A DNA stretch of 64,000 nt from contig JBODTK010000102.1 of the NCBI GenBank assembly GCA_050613775.1, forward strand, positions 496,001-560,000, written 5' to 3'. Under the pieces are notes generated by a model. The model saw only the letters and a program-made list of their open reading frames with translations. It had not been told where the DNA came from and did not search any database. Of the stretch, positions 15,068 to 27,748 are shown piece after piece. Within the stretch, counting starts at the first letter, position 1, and each line of letters opens with the position of its first letter. The position numbers and the translations under genes were made by a program. Source of the stretch: Neocallimastix sp. 'constans' (lineage: Eukaryota).

Positions 15068-15690
15068 TGGTACAGTATTGAAGAATTTTTATCATAAAAT
15101 AACATATTCTAATAACATAAGAATAAGAAAATTTTAAATACAATTCTCTTATTCAAATTCTATTATTCAAATTTAAAAATCTAAATATTAAATAGTTTAA
15201 ACTAAACTAAAATAACTAAAAATAATTTCTAACTTATTTTAAATAATTTAATTATTCAACTATAATTATTAACTCTAAATATTAAACGATAAAATTTTAA
15301 ATCACTTAAAAACAACACTAAAATTATTTTTAATTTAATTTTATTTAAAATAAACTATTTTATTTTTATTATTTAATCTATTCTAATTTTATTATTTAAA
15401 CTATTCTAATTTAATTAATTAAACTAACTTTATTTTATTTAATTATCTAAAATTTATTATTTAAATTCTAATAAAGTAAAAGAATAATATAATAATAAAG
15501 TTGTAAGAAAAAGAGAGAAAGAACTAAAGTATTGTACTACTTTGTTCTTTTTATACAATTAAAATAGTTATTTGATTGGATTAGATTTAATAATAAAATT
15601 TAATAAACTACTAAAATATTATTAAGTATTACAATATTAAATAAAAATAATAATACATTTATTGAATTTACTATAACTAATTTTATAACA
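15068..15690. mobile_element. Truncated LTR, family C
   Basis: Starts TGGTACAG and is collinear with 26971-27630; 3' end replaced by a family J fragment. Confidence 0.75.
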
Positions 15691-16274
15691 AGATTGGTAT
15701 TTATAAATTTTATTTAAAATAAGGTTAAATTTAAAAAGAGATTCTAATCTTAACAAATATCTTGTTTAGGAAATGATTAGAATAAAAACCTAAGCAAGCT
15801 TCAATCAATATTCTATTAATATCGATTTTCGTATCAATTAAGTAAAACAGAATACTTTCTAAAGTAATCGGGAAAATCTTATAAGACCTATTTCCTAAAT
15901 TTGAACTAACAAAAAGCTTACAACAAATTTAAAGGAATTATTTAGAACTAAGCCATAAAAAATTTATTAAATTATCTGATCATGATACGTAAATCTTAAT
16001 TTAATTATTGTACTATGGCTTTAAAGTAATAAATAATTAAACTAAACTAATTATAAAAAAAAATACAGAATTAAAAATACAGAATTAAAAATACAGAAAC
16101 TATTCACTTTTAATTTATGTATAAAGCTATATAAAATAAAAAATTTATAATTTAAATAATTAAATGTATAACTAAATAAAATTTATAATTTAAATAAATG
16201 TATCTAATGATTGTCATTACTAAAATAATAAATAATGATAATTATTTTTTAATAAATAATTATTATTTCTTACA
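15691..16274 (-). mobile_element. Partial LTR, family J-like (U3 part)
   Basis: Ends AATAATTATTATTTCTTACA, the reverse complement of the start of 25164; carries the conserved U3 boxes. Confidence 0.7.
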
Positions 16275-16280
16275 CAAAAT

Positions 16281-17900
16281 TGTAACAGATACATGGTAAC
16301 ATTAAGCCTATCCAATGTTAGTTCTTTGGTTACCTAATGTATCTATAAACAGTTAGCAATTCTAGCTAATCAAATAAAATCTTTACTTAATTTCCGTACA
16401 TTAAATTTTATTATTTTATAGTTTATTTTATTAATACTAATTTAGATATATATAGTTTTATTAATTTATTAGTAAATCAGGTTAAATTAATTTATTACCA
16501 ATCATTAAACTATTTATATGTATAAAAATAGCTGTACTTGTAATCGTAACGCATTAGCGTTTCTATTAACGTAAATTGTTATAAATAAGTATTAATATTA
16601 ATAAATAAAAATTAATTATTAAAACTAAATAAAATAACTTAGTGTAAGCCCGGTAACTAATAACAAAGAAAGTTATAAAGTGCTGTGCTATATTCTTAAG
16701 TGTTTAAAATAAATAATTATAGTTAATTTTAGTGTTTATTTTAACAAATCGAATAGAGAGGTGTTAAATTATCTTAGTTTTAAATTAATTAAATTCCCTG
16801 TATTAGTTAATAATAGATTTACCTTTTACAATAGTAACTCTTTATAATTAAATAATCGATAATAATTAAATAAAATTTAAAAGTAAGTAATAATTTAATT
16901 GATAAAATAGTTAAGTTTTTATTAAATAAAAATAGCAAGTCTTAGTACTTTTAATATTATATTAAAAGTTTATTTATTTTCTTTCTTTACTCATCTTTGT
17001 TTACTTTTTAAAAAAAATTTTGAAATGAATTTTACGCCACAATATGTTGTGAGCAAATCACGAAGAATTTCAAAAAAAAAAATTTTTCTTCTTTAAATTA
17101 AATTTTGATTAAAAATTTAAAAATATGAAATTATAAAAATTTCGTATATCAGAAATTTAATTTATTAATAATTTAAATATAAAAAATTATTTAAATTAAA
17201 AATTTAAAATTGTTGTTAGTACAGATTTTTAATTAATAAAAATTTTGTATTTCACTAAATAAAATCTTCTTTTGCTATCTAAGAGGTCATTTATTATATA
17301 AATTTATATATATAGTGACTCGGGAAGCGAAAGAAAATTTTTTAAATAATAATTTATTTAAATTATTAATACTTATATATTTAATTTTTCAAAAAAAATT
17401 TAATTTTTATTTTATTTCTTTTATTGATTTTTTTATTTATACTTATAAAAAATAAGTGAACATATATATATCAACTAAATAAATTTAAATAAGTGAACGA
17501 ATCAATAATTATTTAGTTAAATATAATTAAGTGAATACATTAATACAAGTTAAATAAAATTATAACAAAAGTAAATGGATAAAAAGAGCAAAAATTCCAA
17601 ACCACCAGATAATACGAGAAAAACCACAAGGAGTGGTTCTTTAAAAAGTTCGGTGGGTAGTGTGGTCGCAGAAAATAGCCCTACGCCTGTTTAAGATCCT
17701 TCAGCTCGACACCAGAATACAGGAGACAATAAAACAACAAGTACTCCTGAGAAGCCAGCTGCGGTGCCTGATGCTAAGAAACCTGAAGCTAACAAGCCAG
17801 AAACAAGTAAACCGGAATCTGGTAAGCCGGGACCACCCAAGGAATGAGCTCAAGTAAAAATAATAATGGTGAAGCTATATATTTTGCTGCTTTACTGAAT
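16281..17900 (+). mobile_element. Gypsy family B 5' fragment: 5' LTR (16281-16830), PBS-like ATAGTAACTCTT, leader and start of gag
   Basis: LTR TGTAACAG...CCTTTTACA; the gag start near 17575 (MDKKSKNSKPP...) is homologous to the minus-strand 52170-52490 region. Confidence 0.8.
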
Positions 17901-19424
17901 AAATAGTAATAAAGAATTTATGAATTAATTATTTATTTTATTTATATTATAATCTAATTAAATTATTAACTTTTAAGTCTTTTTAAAACAACAAATATAT
18001 ATAGCATTATTTAGCATATAAAGTTGAACTGGGCTTTCTACTGGTTGTTATGTGGCGGACTTAATAATCATATGGTGTCCAGCCAACCTCTGCTGGTATC
18101 TATTCTTGATCTGATTTTCCCGATAGGGTTTGGAGAAAGGGTAAAGGGGTTATAATGGCACGATTTCAGGTAAGTATTAATTCCGCTCCTACCATTATTG
18201 GATTGCCACATATTTAATCTCTATATTTGATCACATATAGTATCCTAGTGTAGTTGTATAGCCTATACTGAGAGGGTTACGAGTTCAATTTCTATAGGAT
18301 GGCATGGATGTTATTTTGCAAGACATGTCTACTGGAGCTACCTCTGCTTAGGAATTTGGAGCGCCGACGTCGTACTGATATAATATAAGATATATATATC
18401 AAAGTATATATGTTCTTTACACGCCCATATATATAATATGGGATAGACATGTAAATTCATATGTGTAAAAAACCTATTTATATAACTCTACAATACGGTT
18501 GCGATAATACATAAATAGTAATTGAAATGTGAACAACAAATTTTAATTTTTGAAATTTCAATTTACAGTTATAATTTATGTCTTATAAAAATATTATTTT
18601 GTAATTCTTATTATTATTTAATATTTTATTTATAAATTATTTATAAAATAAAAGGTTTAATCCTATTATTAAGATGTTATAATAACAACTAAAGTTTTAG
18701 TTATAATATAAAAAATTATTATTTTAAATAATATTAATTTAAATATAAATTTATAAAATAAAATTTTTTAATAATAAAATATAAAAATATTATATTGATA
18801 TTAATAATAAAATATAAAAATTTAAAAATATAAAAATATAATATTAATAGAAAAATATAAAAATATAATATCAATAATAAAATATAAAATATAAAAATAT
18901 AATTTAAATATTAATAATAAAATATATAAAAATAAGGTTATAAGGAAAATAATTATTTATCATTTTCCTTATAACATGATTGTCAAAAAAAAAATTATAT
19001 AAAAATATTTTATTTTTTATTGACCTTTTTAATTTTTATTTATTTATTTATTTACTTATTTATTTATACATTTATTTCATTTTTACTTAAAATTATATTA
19101 AATTTTATGGGCTAATAATATAAATTTTAAAAGACACAAATAAATAGATGGCATATTAAAATTTCAAAAAAAAAAAATTGGCGTTTTGGACCACATTCTA
19201 ATTTCAATATGTTAATAATATTTAGTCAATTAGTTGGCCTAGACTATTTCTTTAATAATTTAATAATAATTATTATATTATTAATTATTAATATTGAAAT
19301 TCAAATAACTGAATTATTAAAATTGAAATTGATTTTGAATTAAATGAAAATTCAGTTATTATCTTAACAAACCTTCATTTTTTTTTACCAAAATCTTATT
19401 TTAATAGTGGTATCGTATCATAAT

Positions 19425-20188
19425 TGTTAGAAATTGAAATAAAAATTCTTTTATAGCAATTTCTAATCCACAATTTTATTTTAATAATAATATTATTAAT
19501 TAAAATTGGGAAATTTTAAATTTGTTTTATTAAAAAAAAAATCGAGTTTATTATAAGAAAATTTAATTTATTTATTTTATTTTACCAATAAAAAAAAATA
19601 AATAAAAATTATTTTAAAATAAAAAAATTTATTATTATTATTAATATTTTAATTTATAAAATTTTATTGTTATTATTATTTTTCTTATAATAATAACTCT
19701 TGATTTTCGAAAGGAAACTCAAGAGTCCATTTTATATTTTAAAATATAGAAATAAAGAATTTTCTAATCTTAACAAAATACTTTCCAGGAAAAGATTAGT
19801 AGAAAAACCTGGAAAGATTTCAACCAATAATCTATACTTATTGGTTATCGTATTATTAAGTAAAACCATTTTTATGGAAAAACCTTAATAACCGATGTTC
19901 TAAATTACGTAAGTTAAACGGTTAAATTAATTCACACTTTAGCAATTTAACCAAATTAACTTATGAATAAAATTAAGAAAAATAAAAAAAATAGATACGG
20001 AACCGAATATAGAAATACATACAAAATAAATACAAAATGTATTTAATAAAATTTAATATATAATTTAATAAAATTTGTTACATTATTAATAATTAATTAA
20101 TTATAAAATTAAGTAAACTTAATAATTATTTTATAATTATTAACGATTAAGAAATATAGACTTATAACAATACGTCTAATTTCTTACA
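19425..20188 (-). mobile_element. Solo LTR, self-priming gypsy superfamily
   Basis: TGTTAGAAATT...AATTTCTTACA termini; ATAATAACTCTTG..CAAGAG hairpin near 19690; AAAAGATTAG box. Confidence 0.8.
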
Positions 20189-20194
20189 AGAATA

Positions 20195-21049
20195 TGACAC
20201 GAGCTGGGGTTGAAACACTAAGATATTCAAAACAAAAAAATAAATATTACCACATAACTATAAAAATAAATTTGGAAACAAGAAAAAATTAAATTTTAAA
20301 ATATTCCTTATTTAAATTTAAAATTAAAATTATTTGTTCCCCGTATTAAAAAGAAAGAAATTTCTTTTTCTTTTTATACTTTTATTTTAAAACATTTTAT
20401 TTATTATTAATATATTCTTTATAAAAAAAATTATTATAACTATTTTATTTTAATTTTTAACTATTATTTTAAATTATTTTTAAAAAAAATAACATTTATT
20501 AAATTAAAATATAAAAATTAATTTAGAAATTGTATCACGAAGGGCATTCCAGGCGGTAGCTTCTTCTTGATATTGTTTTCAGAGAGAGTATTATACAGAA
20601 TTGATATTTTCTGTATTTTAGATCATTTTTATTATTGAAATTCTTCTGTATTTTAGTTCATTTTTATTTTAATAAAGATTTAATTTATTTTTGATTTTTG
20701 TTTTATTTTTAGTTTATTTCAAAGGTTTTAGAAAATATTATACAGAAACTTATAAATCTGTATTTTATATCAAATATTTATTGAAATAGGTTTTTATTAT
20801 ACTTAATATAAAAATAAGAATTAGTAATGATTTAAATTATATATAGTTTTTAATAAGAATATTTAGTAATAATTTTTATTATATTTAATATTAATAAAAG
20901 AATTTTATATGAATAATTAATAATAATTTTTATTATATTTGATATTAATAAAAGAATATTTAATAGTAAAATTTAATAATAGTTTTTATTTTATAATTAT
21001 TAAGAGTATTTAATATGAAATACAAGGTATTTAGTGACACCCCGTATCA
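20195..21049. mobile_element. Solo LTR, family D
   Basis: TGACACG...CGTATCA; collinear with 27749-29588. Confidence 0.85.
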
Positions 21050-21052
21050 ATT

Positions 21053-21284
21053 TGGTAGACTCGGGGTTGTATTTTAATATATACATATATTTAATAATAT
21101 AACAATAAAGTAATTAATTAAAATTGTTTTAACATTATTTACAAGTTAAAATTAATTTATATCAAAATAAATTAATTTTTATTATTAGGTTTAGGTTATC
21201 AAGAATATAGGAAAGTACAATTTAGTAAAAAATTATTAATAATATTTTATAATAAAATAAAGGTTATTAATTCATTCTTTACCA
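21053..21284. mobile_element. Short solo LTR (232 bp), family E
   Basis: TGGTAGA...TTTACCA inverted termini, AATT on both sides. Confidence 0.65.
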
Positions 21285-21287
21285 AAT

Positions 21288-22250
21288 TGTAATAATTTAA
21301 TTATAAAATTAATTATAATTAAATTATTAACTACAATTCAATAATAACTAAATAATAATTTTTATTAAATTGAGAAAGCAAAAAAGATAAATATACTTAT
21401 CTACTATAAGAAAGAGTTTATTATAACTAATTGTAATAAACAAATAACACAGAATTGTCAAAGAGAAAAGATTATTTTATTTTATTTTATTTTTAAATTT
21501 GTTTTATTGAAACTTACTTTATTAAAATAGAAATATAAAATATTTATTAATGTTATTACTATATTATAACTGTTATAATAATAACTCTTGATTTCTCAAA
21601 GAGAATTCAAGAGCATTATTTATACTTTTTTGAAAAATAAGGTTAAATTAAAAAATGTTTTCTAATCTTAATAAATCTCTTATCTAGGAAAAGATTAGAC
21701 AGAAAAACTTAGATAAGATTTTTAATCGATATTCTATCCATATCGATCATCGTATCAATTAGGTAAAACCAATTACTTTTAAGAAGTGATTGGGAAAAAC
21801 CCTAATTAATCGATTCGCTAATCTAATCTAATTGATCGAAAATAAAAGAATAAAATAATAAAAGATATTTCGATCATAATATCATAAATTTACAAATAAG
21901 GAAAATAACATAATAATGATATTAATAAACAAAATATAGAATGCATTATTAAAATACATAATAGAATACATAATGTGTTTGTTTACAATTTAATTAAATA
22001 AATAAACTAAGACTAATAAATTTAATAATTAAATGTATAATTAAATAAACTATAATTATTTATAAATGTATAAATAATAATTAATTAAATAAATTTTGTT
22101 ATATTAAATTAATGAATATTTAATATTGAATTAAATAAATTATTAATAATATTTAAATGAATAAATATTATATAATTAAATAAAGTTATAATTATAACTT
22201 ACCTAAGAAAATATAATTATTTTATTTAAAAATAATTATAGATTATTACA
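21288..22250 (-). mobile_element. Solo LTR, family A
   Basis: Reverse complement of 39186-40150; perfect CAAAT TSD (21283-21287, 22251-22255). Confidence 0.92.
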
Positions 22251-22256
22251 CAAATT

Positions 22257-22712
22257 TGGTACGTGATTGTACCTTGGGCTTATTGACACTACTCTAGTTA
22301 AGATAAATTATTCTATATTGAATAAACACAAAAATTAATAATTTTTATTTATTTATTATTTAAATATTTTTTTATTATTATTTTATTAATATTTTTTTAT
22401 TTATTATATTACTTAATTATACATTATTTTAATTACTACATTTTTATTATAATCTAACTAACTATATATTTTTATTTCTTATTATATCTCTTCTATACTA
22501 CATATTTTTATATCTTTTTCCTTTCATATTCTTTTCTTTCTAATCTCTTTTCCCCTTTTATAAATATTTTCTTATTTAAATCTTTTTATATTCCTTTTTT
22601 TATCTAATTTAAGGTTATAATTGTTTATTTCTTAAAAATTTAAATATTTAATCTTATAACTTTATTCTCAAATTTATTGCTTATTTCATTGTTATCAGGG
22701 CGGCCCGTACCA
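22257..22712. mobile_element. Solo LTR, family F
   Basis: Perfect 7-bp inverted termini TGGTACG...CGTACCA, AATT 4-bp TSD. Confidence 0.75.
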
Positions 22713-22716
22713 AATT

Positions 22717-23629
22717 TGTTGAGGTTCGGGACAGATTAATAGTAAATATAAAAATAAACACTAAAATAAAAAAAAATTAAAAATTAAAATATATCTTTTT
22801 TTAAAATATTTTATTTATTTATATAATAAAAATTATTCAATTAAAACTAAAGATAATTTAATTTCTTGAATAAGATTATATTTTTCAAAATTATTTTTCT
22901 CAAATACAATTTTCTCATCTATTTATATTTTTTTTTATCGTTAGAAATGATCAAGCCATTTCTTTAGAATATTTTAGAGTTACATATTTGAATTGTATTT
23001 TAATTATAAATTCATAATCTATTCTATTATAATAAATAATTATTATATATTATTAAATTCTAAACTATTTATTATTAATTGTAGTGATAATATATATTAA
23101 AAATAATTTTATTACTTTTACAGAACTATTAGTAATAGAGTATTATTTAATTTTATACTATTTTTAAATAAAAGTATTTTAGATTATTATCTATTATTAA
23201 TCTTATTATAAATAGGGTGTATTTTGGAAGGAAGTATTACTAATTTTAATGACAAGGATCATGGATTTAAGTAAAATATTTTTAAATCATTATTAATTAT
23301 ATTAATTTTTATTAATAATAAATAATCTGTATTAGTAATATTTGTTAAATTTTCTTTAATAATAAAATATTGATATAATAAATCATATTAATAAAACTAG
23401 ATATTGATAATAATATTGATATTAATAATATAGTATTAATTTTAATAATAAAGTATTGATATTGATAAAGAATTTATATTAATAATAATAATTTTAATAT
23501 TTGTAATAATTTGGCTGTAATAGAACGTAAGAAAGTTCTCCAAGTAAGGAAATAAATAATTTAATTTTAGTGGTTAAGTTATTTTTATGAAAAATAATAA
23601 AATTAACATTATTTGTTCATTCCTTAACA
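22717..23629. mobile_element. Solo LTR, family G
   Basis: TGTTGAGG...CCTTAACA termini, AATT 4-bp TSD. Confidence 0.75.
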
Positions 23630-23633
23630 AATT

Positions 23634-24554
23634 TGTAAGAATCTCTAATTAAAAAAAAGATATTTTATAAGAGTTTTCTTTTATTATTTTTTTTTTTATT
23701 AATTCTATATAAAGTTTGAGTTTATTATTAAATAATATAATAAAGAAAAAATACTTATATTGGGGTAAACTAAAGTAGAGAAAGTAGAGAAAGTAGAGAT
23801 ATTATATATGAATATATATATATATTATTTAAAAAAACACAAAATTTTTTAAGAAAAAGTATTTTTTAGAAAATTTAAATTTTAAGTAATTATTATTTTA
23901 ATATTTCTTTATTAATATTTTATTTAATAATAATAACTCTTGATTTCTGAAAAAGCAGAAATCAATCGTTATTTTATACTTTTTTGTTTATTAATTAACC
24001 TTAATTTATAATATTTATTTATTTCTGTCATATGTTTATTTAATTAATAATTATTTAATATAAAATATTAATTATTTCTTGGCTAAGCTATTGATTGCTA
24101 GTCAGCTGTTGTATCTTCAGGAAAAGACTAGAAGAAAAACCTGAAGATTTCTTAATTGTAATAATATTAGAACGAATTATATTTCAAGGAAATTTATTAT
24201 TTAATTTATCTAATAATATTGTAAAAATAATTTTAAAACATTAAATATTAAATCTATTATTTAATTTATTTATTATTTAATATTATTATGAAAATAATTT
24301 TAAAACATTAAATATTAAATCTATTATTTAATATATTTATTATTTAATATTATTATGATAATTGTTTGAAATAATTTTAAAACTTTGACTATTAAAGTTT
24401 GCTATTAATTTATGGCTTAAATTTTAATTTATCATAATTTAATAATTTTGTATATGAGTCAGCGATATTAATAATTTACCTAAAATTAATTTAATAAAGT
24501 TTAGTAATAAAATAAATGATAAATATAATAGAAAATATTTCTATATTTCTTACT
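23634..24554 (-). mobile_element. Solo LTR, family H (self-priming superfamily)
   Basis: TGTAAGAA...TTCTTACT termini; ATAATAACTCTTG near 23930; flanks AAATT/ATATT; internal ~68-bp duplication at 24220-24380. Confidence 0.75.
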
Positions 24555-24559
24555 ATATT

Positions 24560-25159
24560 TGGTACAGGACTTTTGAAATTGATGGATGTATAATAATATA
24601 TTGGTAAATAGATAGTGGACATATTAAAAGTACTAGAAACTTATATAATATTTATTTATTTATTTATTTACTATTTATTAATTTATTTATTTAAAAATTT
24701 ATTTAACTATATATTTATTAATCCATTTATTTATTTGTTCATTTATTTATTTATTCCTCCATCACATAAAAAAAAGAAAAGAGAGATTTAAAATAATATT
24801 ATTACAAAATATTTTATAAATTTTGGTAAAACATTGATTAGTTAAAAATAATTTTGTGTAAGAATAAAATAATAATAAAATTTTAGATATGAATATTGAT
24901 AATAAAAATAATAAAAAGTTTACAATATAAAATAAAATTTATCAAATGTATAATAAAAATATAATAAGAATATAATAAAATATTTATTTTATATCAAGAT
25001 ATTAATAATTAATAATATATATATTTATATAATAGTAAAAGAAATATTGATAAATTTAATAAAGATAATAATTAATTAATAAAATAGATTTAAAACATAC
25101 TTATATGGAGAAATGTTAAAATTATTATAATTTAAGGTATTTGAGTAAATACCGTATCA
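24560..25159. mobile_element. Solo LTR, family I
   Basis: TGGTACAG...CCGTATCA termini, TATT 4-bp TSD. Confidence 0.72.
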
Positions 25160-25163
25160 TATT

Positions 25164-26137
25164 TGTAAGAAATAATAATTATTTATTAAAAATAATTAAT
25201 ATTTCTTAGTCTTTATAATTATTGATAATAATTATAAATTTATTTAAATTATAATTAATTCATACATTGAAATATTATTATCAAATTTATTATAATTATA
25301 ATTATTCATACACTTAAATAATATTAGAAATTTTATTTAAATAATTATTATATGTACACTTATTAATATTATTAATTTTATTTAGTCATTCATTTAATTA
25401 TCAAGTTAATGTAAACATTAGTTTTATTTATTTTTTACATTGTACATTTAGAAGAACAATTAATAAGTTTCTGTATTTTTTATAATTCTGTATTTTAGCT
25501 TAAAGATAGTTTTATTTTAATAAGTTTAGATTAGATTTTAAAACTAATATTTAGAAAAATAGAATAATTTAGATCATTCCGGTTTTTATTGATTTTTCCC
25601 TTTTATTTGATGATCTAAATTAAAATTTAGAAAATCGATATATTAAGGTTATATCCAAATATAAAATAATATATTTGGTTTTACTTAATATATACGATGA
25701 TCAATATGAATAGAATATCGATCAAAAAACTTATCTAGTTTTTTCTTCTAATCTTTTTCTAGATAAGATATTTTTAAGATTAGAAAACCCTTTTTATTTA
25801 ACCTTATTTCCATAAAAAAATATAAATAAGGCTTTTGATTTCCCTTTAAGAAATCAAGAGTTATTATTATAAAAATATAGTTTATAATAGTAACGATTTT
25901 ATATTTTGAACTTTAACAAATTAATAAAATATTTTATTCAAAAAACATACTTTAAAAATTAAATTTATACAAATCTTTCTTCCTTCTTATTTTTCGTGTT
26001 ATTATTATAATTAATTTTATAATAAACACCACAAATATTTAGGTAAAACTTTTTTTTATTTTCTCAACTTAATGAATTAATCGTTAAGTTGAAGTTAATA
26101 ATCATATTAAGTAATAGTACTTAGTATGATTATTGCA
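25164..26137 (+). mobile_element. Solo LTR, family J (self-priming superfamily)
   Basis: TGTAAG...ATTGCA, perfect ATATT TSD, TATAAATA plus hairpin plus AAGAGTTATTAT at 25821-25870. Confidence 0.85.
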
Positions 26138-26143
26138 ATATTA

Positions 26144-26969
26144 TGGTACAGAATTGAAGATTATAAAAAAAAATAATATATTCTAATAATTAAAAATTTA
26201 ATTTTTCACTAACAAAATAAATATTATTTTAACTATTCTAATATAAATAACTTAAATAAATATTTTAATAAAATTTATCTCTAAATTAAAACTAAATTAC
26301 CTAACAAATTTAAATATTTAAACTAACCAAAATTATTTTTATCCTTAACTATAATAAAACACAAAAACAAAACTAATCGATTTAACTAGAGAACAATTTA
26401 ATTTTATTTAATTATTTATTTAATTATTTATTTATACTAATACTAAATATTTACTATTTCATTCTCGAAAAATTAAAAGAAAAATATAAAAATAAAGTTG
26501 AAAGAAGAGGAAGAACTAAAGTATTGTTTTACTTTGTTCTTTTTATATCTTTAAAACATTTATTTGATTGGAGTAAAAATAAAAATATAAAATATAATGA
26601 AAATATAATAACAAAAAATATAATAATTTTATAATAATAAAATATAATAAAATATAACTTTAATATAATATTTAATATAAGATAATAATAAAAATATAAT
26701 AAGGTATAATAAAAATTTTATAATAAAAATATAAAATAATAATAAATATAATTTTAATTATTTATAATAAAATATCTAATTGTTTACTATTACAATATTA
26801 AATAAATACAATTAATACATTATTTTAAATAATTTAGTTATTTATACATATTTAATTTCCTTATTATATATTTTAATACTTTAATATTTTATTCTTATTT
26901 ATTTATTAATTAATCTTTATAGTTTATTTAATTTTTATTTATTTTTTATTTATTATTTGTATCGTAACA
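26144..26969. mobile_element. Solo LTR, family C variant
   Basis: TGGTACAG...CGTAACA; shares the GAACTAAAGTATTGT..ACTTTGTTCTT and TGATTGG motifs with 26971-27745. Confidence 0.78.
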
Positions 26970-26970
26970 A

Positions 26971-27745
26971 TGGTACAGAACTGAAGAATTTTTATCATAA
27001 AATAATATATTCTAATAATTAAAGAAAATTTTAAATTCTATTCTATTATTCTAATCTATTATTCTAATTTAAAAATCTAAATACTAAACAATTTAAACTA
27101 AAATAAATTATTCAAAATTAATTTAACCTAATATAAATAATTTAACTAACAACTATAATTATTAAAACTATTAACCAAAAACTAAAAACCTTTAAACACT
27201 TAATACAAAACTTAAATTATTTTTAATTCTAACTTTATTTAAAATAAACTATTTTATTTTTATTATTTAATCTATTCTAACTTTATTATTTAAACTATAC
27301 TAATTTATTATTTAAACTATTTAAATTTAATTATTTAAACTAATTTTATTTTAATTTAACTATCTAAATTTATTATTTAAACTCGAAAATATCAAAAGAA
27401 TAATATAATAATAAAGTTGTAAGAAAAAGAGAGAGAACTAAAGTATTGTACTACTTTGTTCTTTTTTATACATTTAGAATAGTTATTTGATTGGATTAGA
27501 ATAAAAATTTAATAATAAAAATTTAATAATAAAAATTTAATAATAAAATATAATAAACTATTAAAATATTATTAAGTATTACAATATTAAATAAAAATAA
27601 TAATTAATACATTTTCTAATTTATTATAACTAAATTTATAATTATTTTAATATTTTAATATTTATTATTTAATTCCACTAATATTAATAATTTTTAATCT
27701 TTAATAATTATATATAATTTTAATTATTTTATTTGTTCCGTAACA
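26971..27745. mobile_element. Solo LTR, family C
   Basis: TGGTACAG...CGTAACA; collinear with 15068-15690. Confidence 0.82.
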
Positions 27746-27748
27746 ATT

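Noticed and set aside
14514..16830. 550-bp inverted repeat suggesting a DNA transposon or foldback element
   Set aside because: Two family B LTRs inserted in opposite orientation; one is followed by a PBS-like site and gag.
26971..26990. TGGTACAG after ...ACA-A read as a tRNA-type PBS (also 15068)
   Set aside because: The same start occurs at 24560 and 26144 after TSD bases and pairs with GTAACA/GTATCA ends, so it is better explained as an LTR terminus; not fully excluded.
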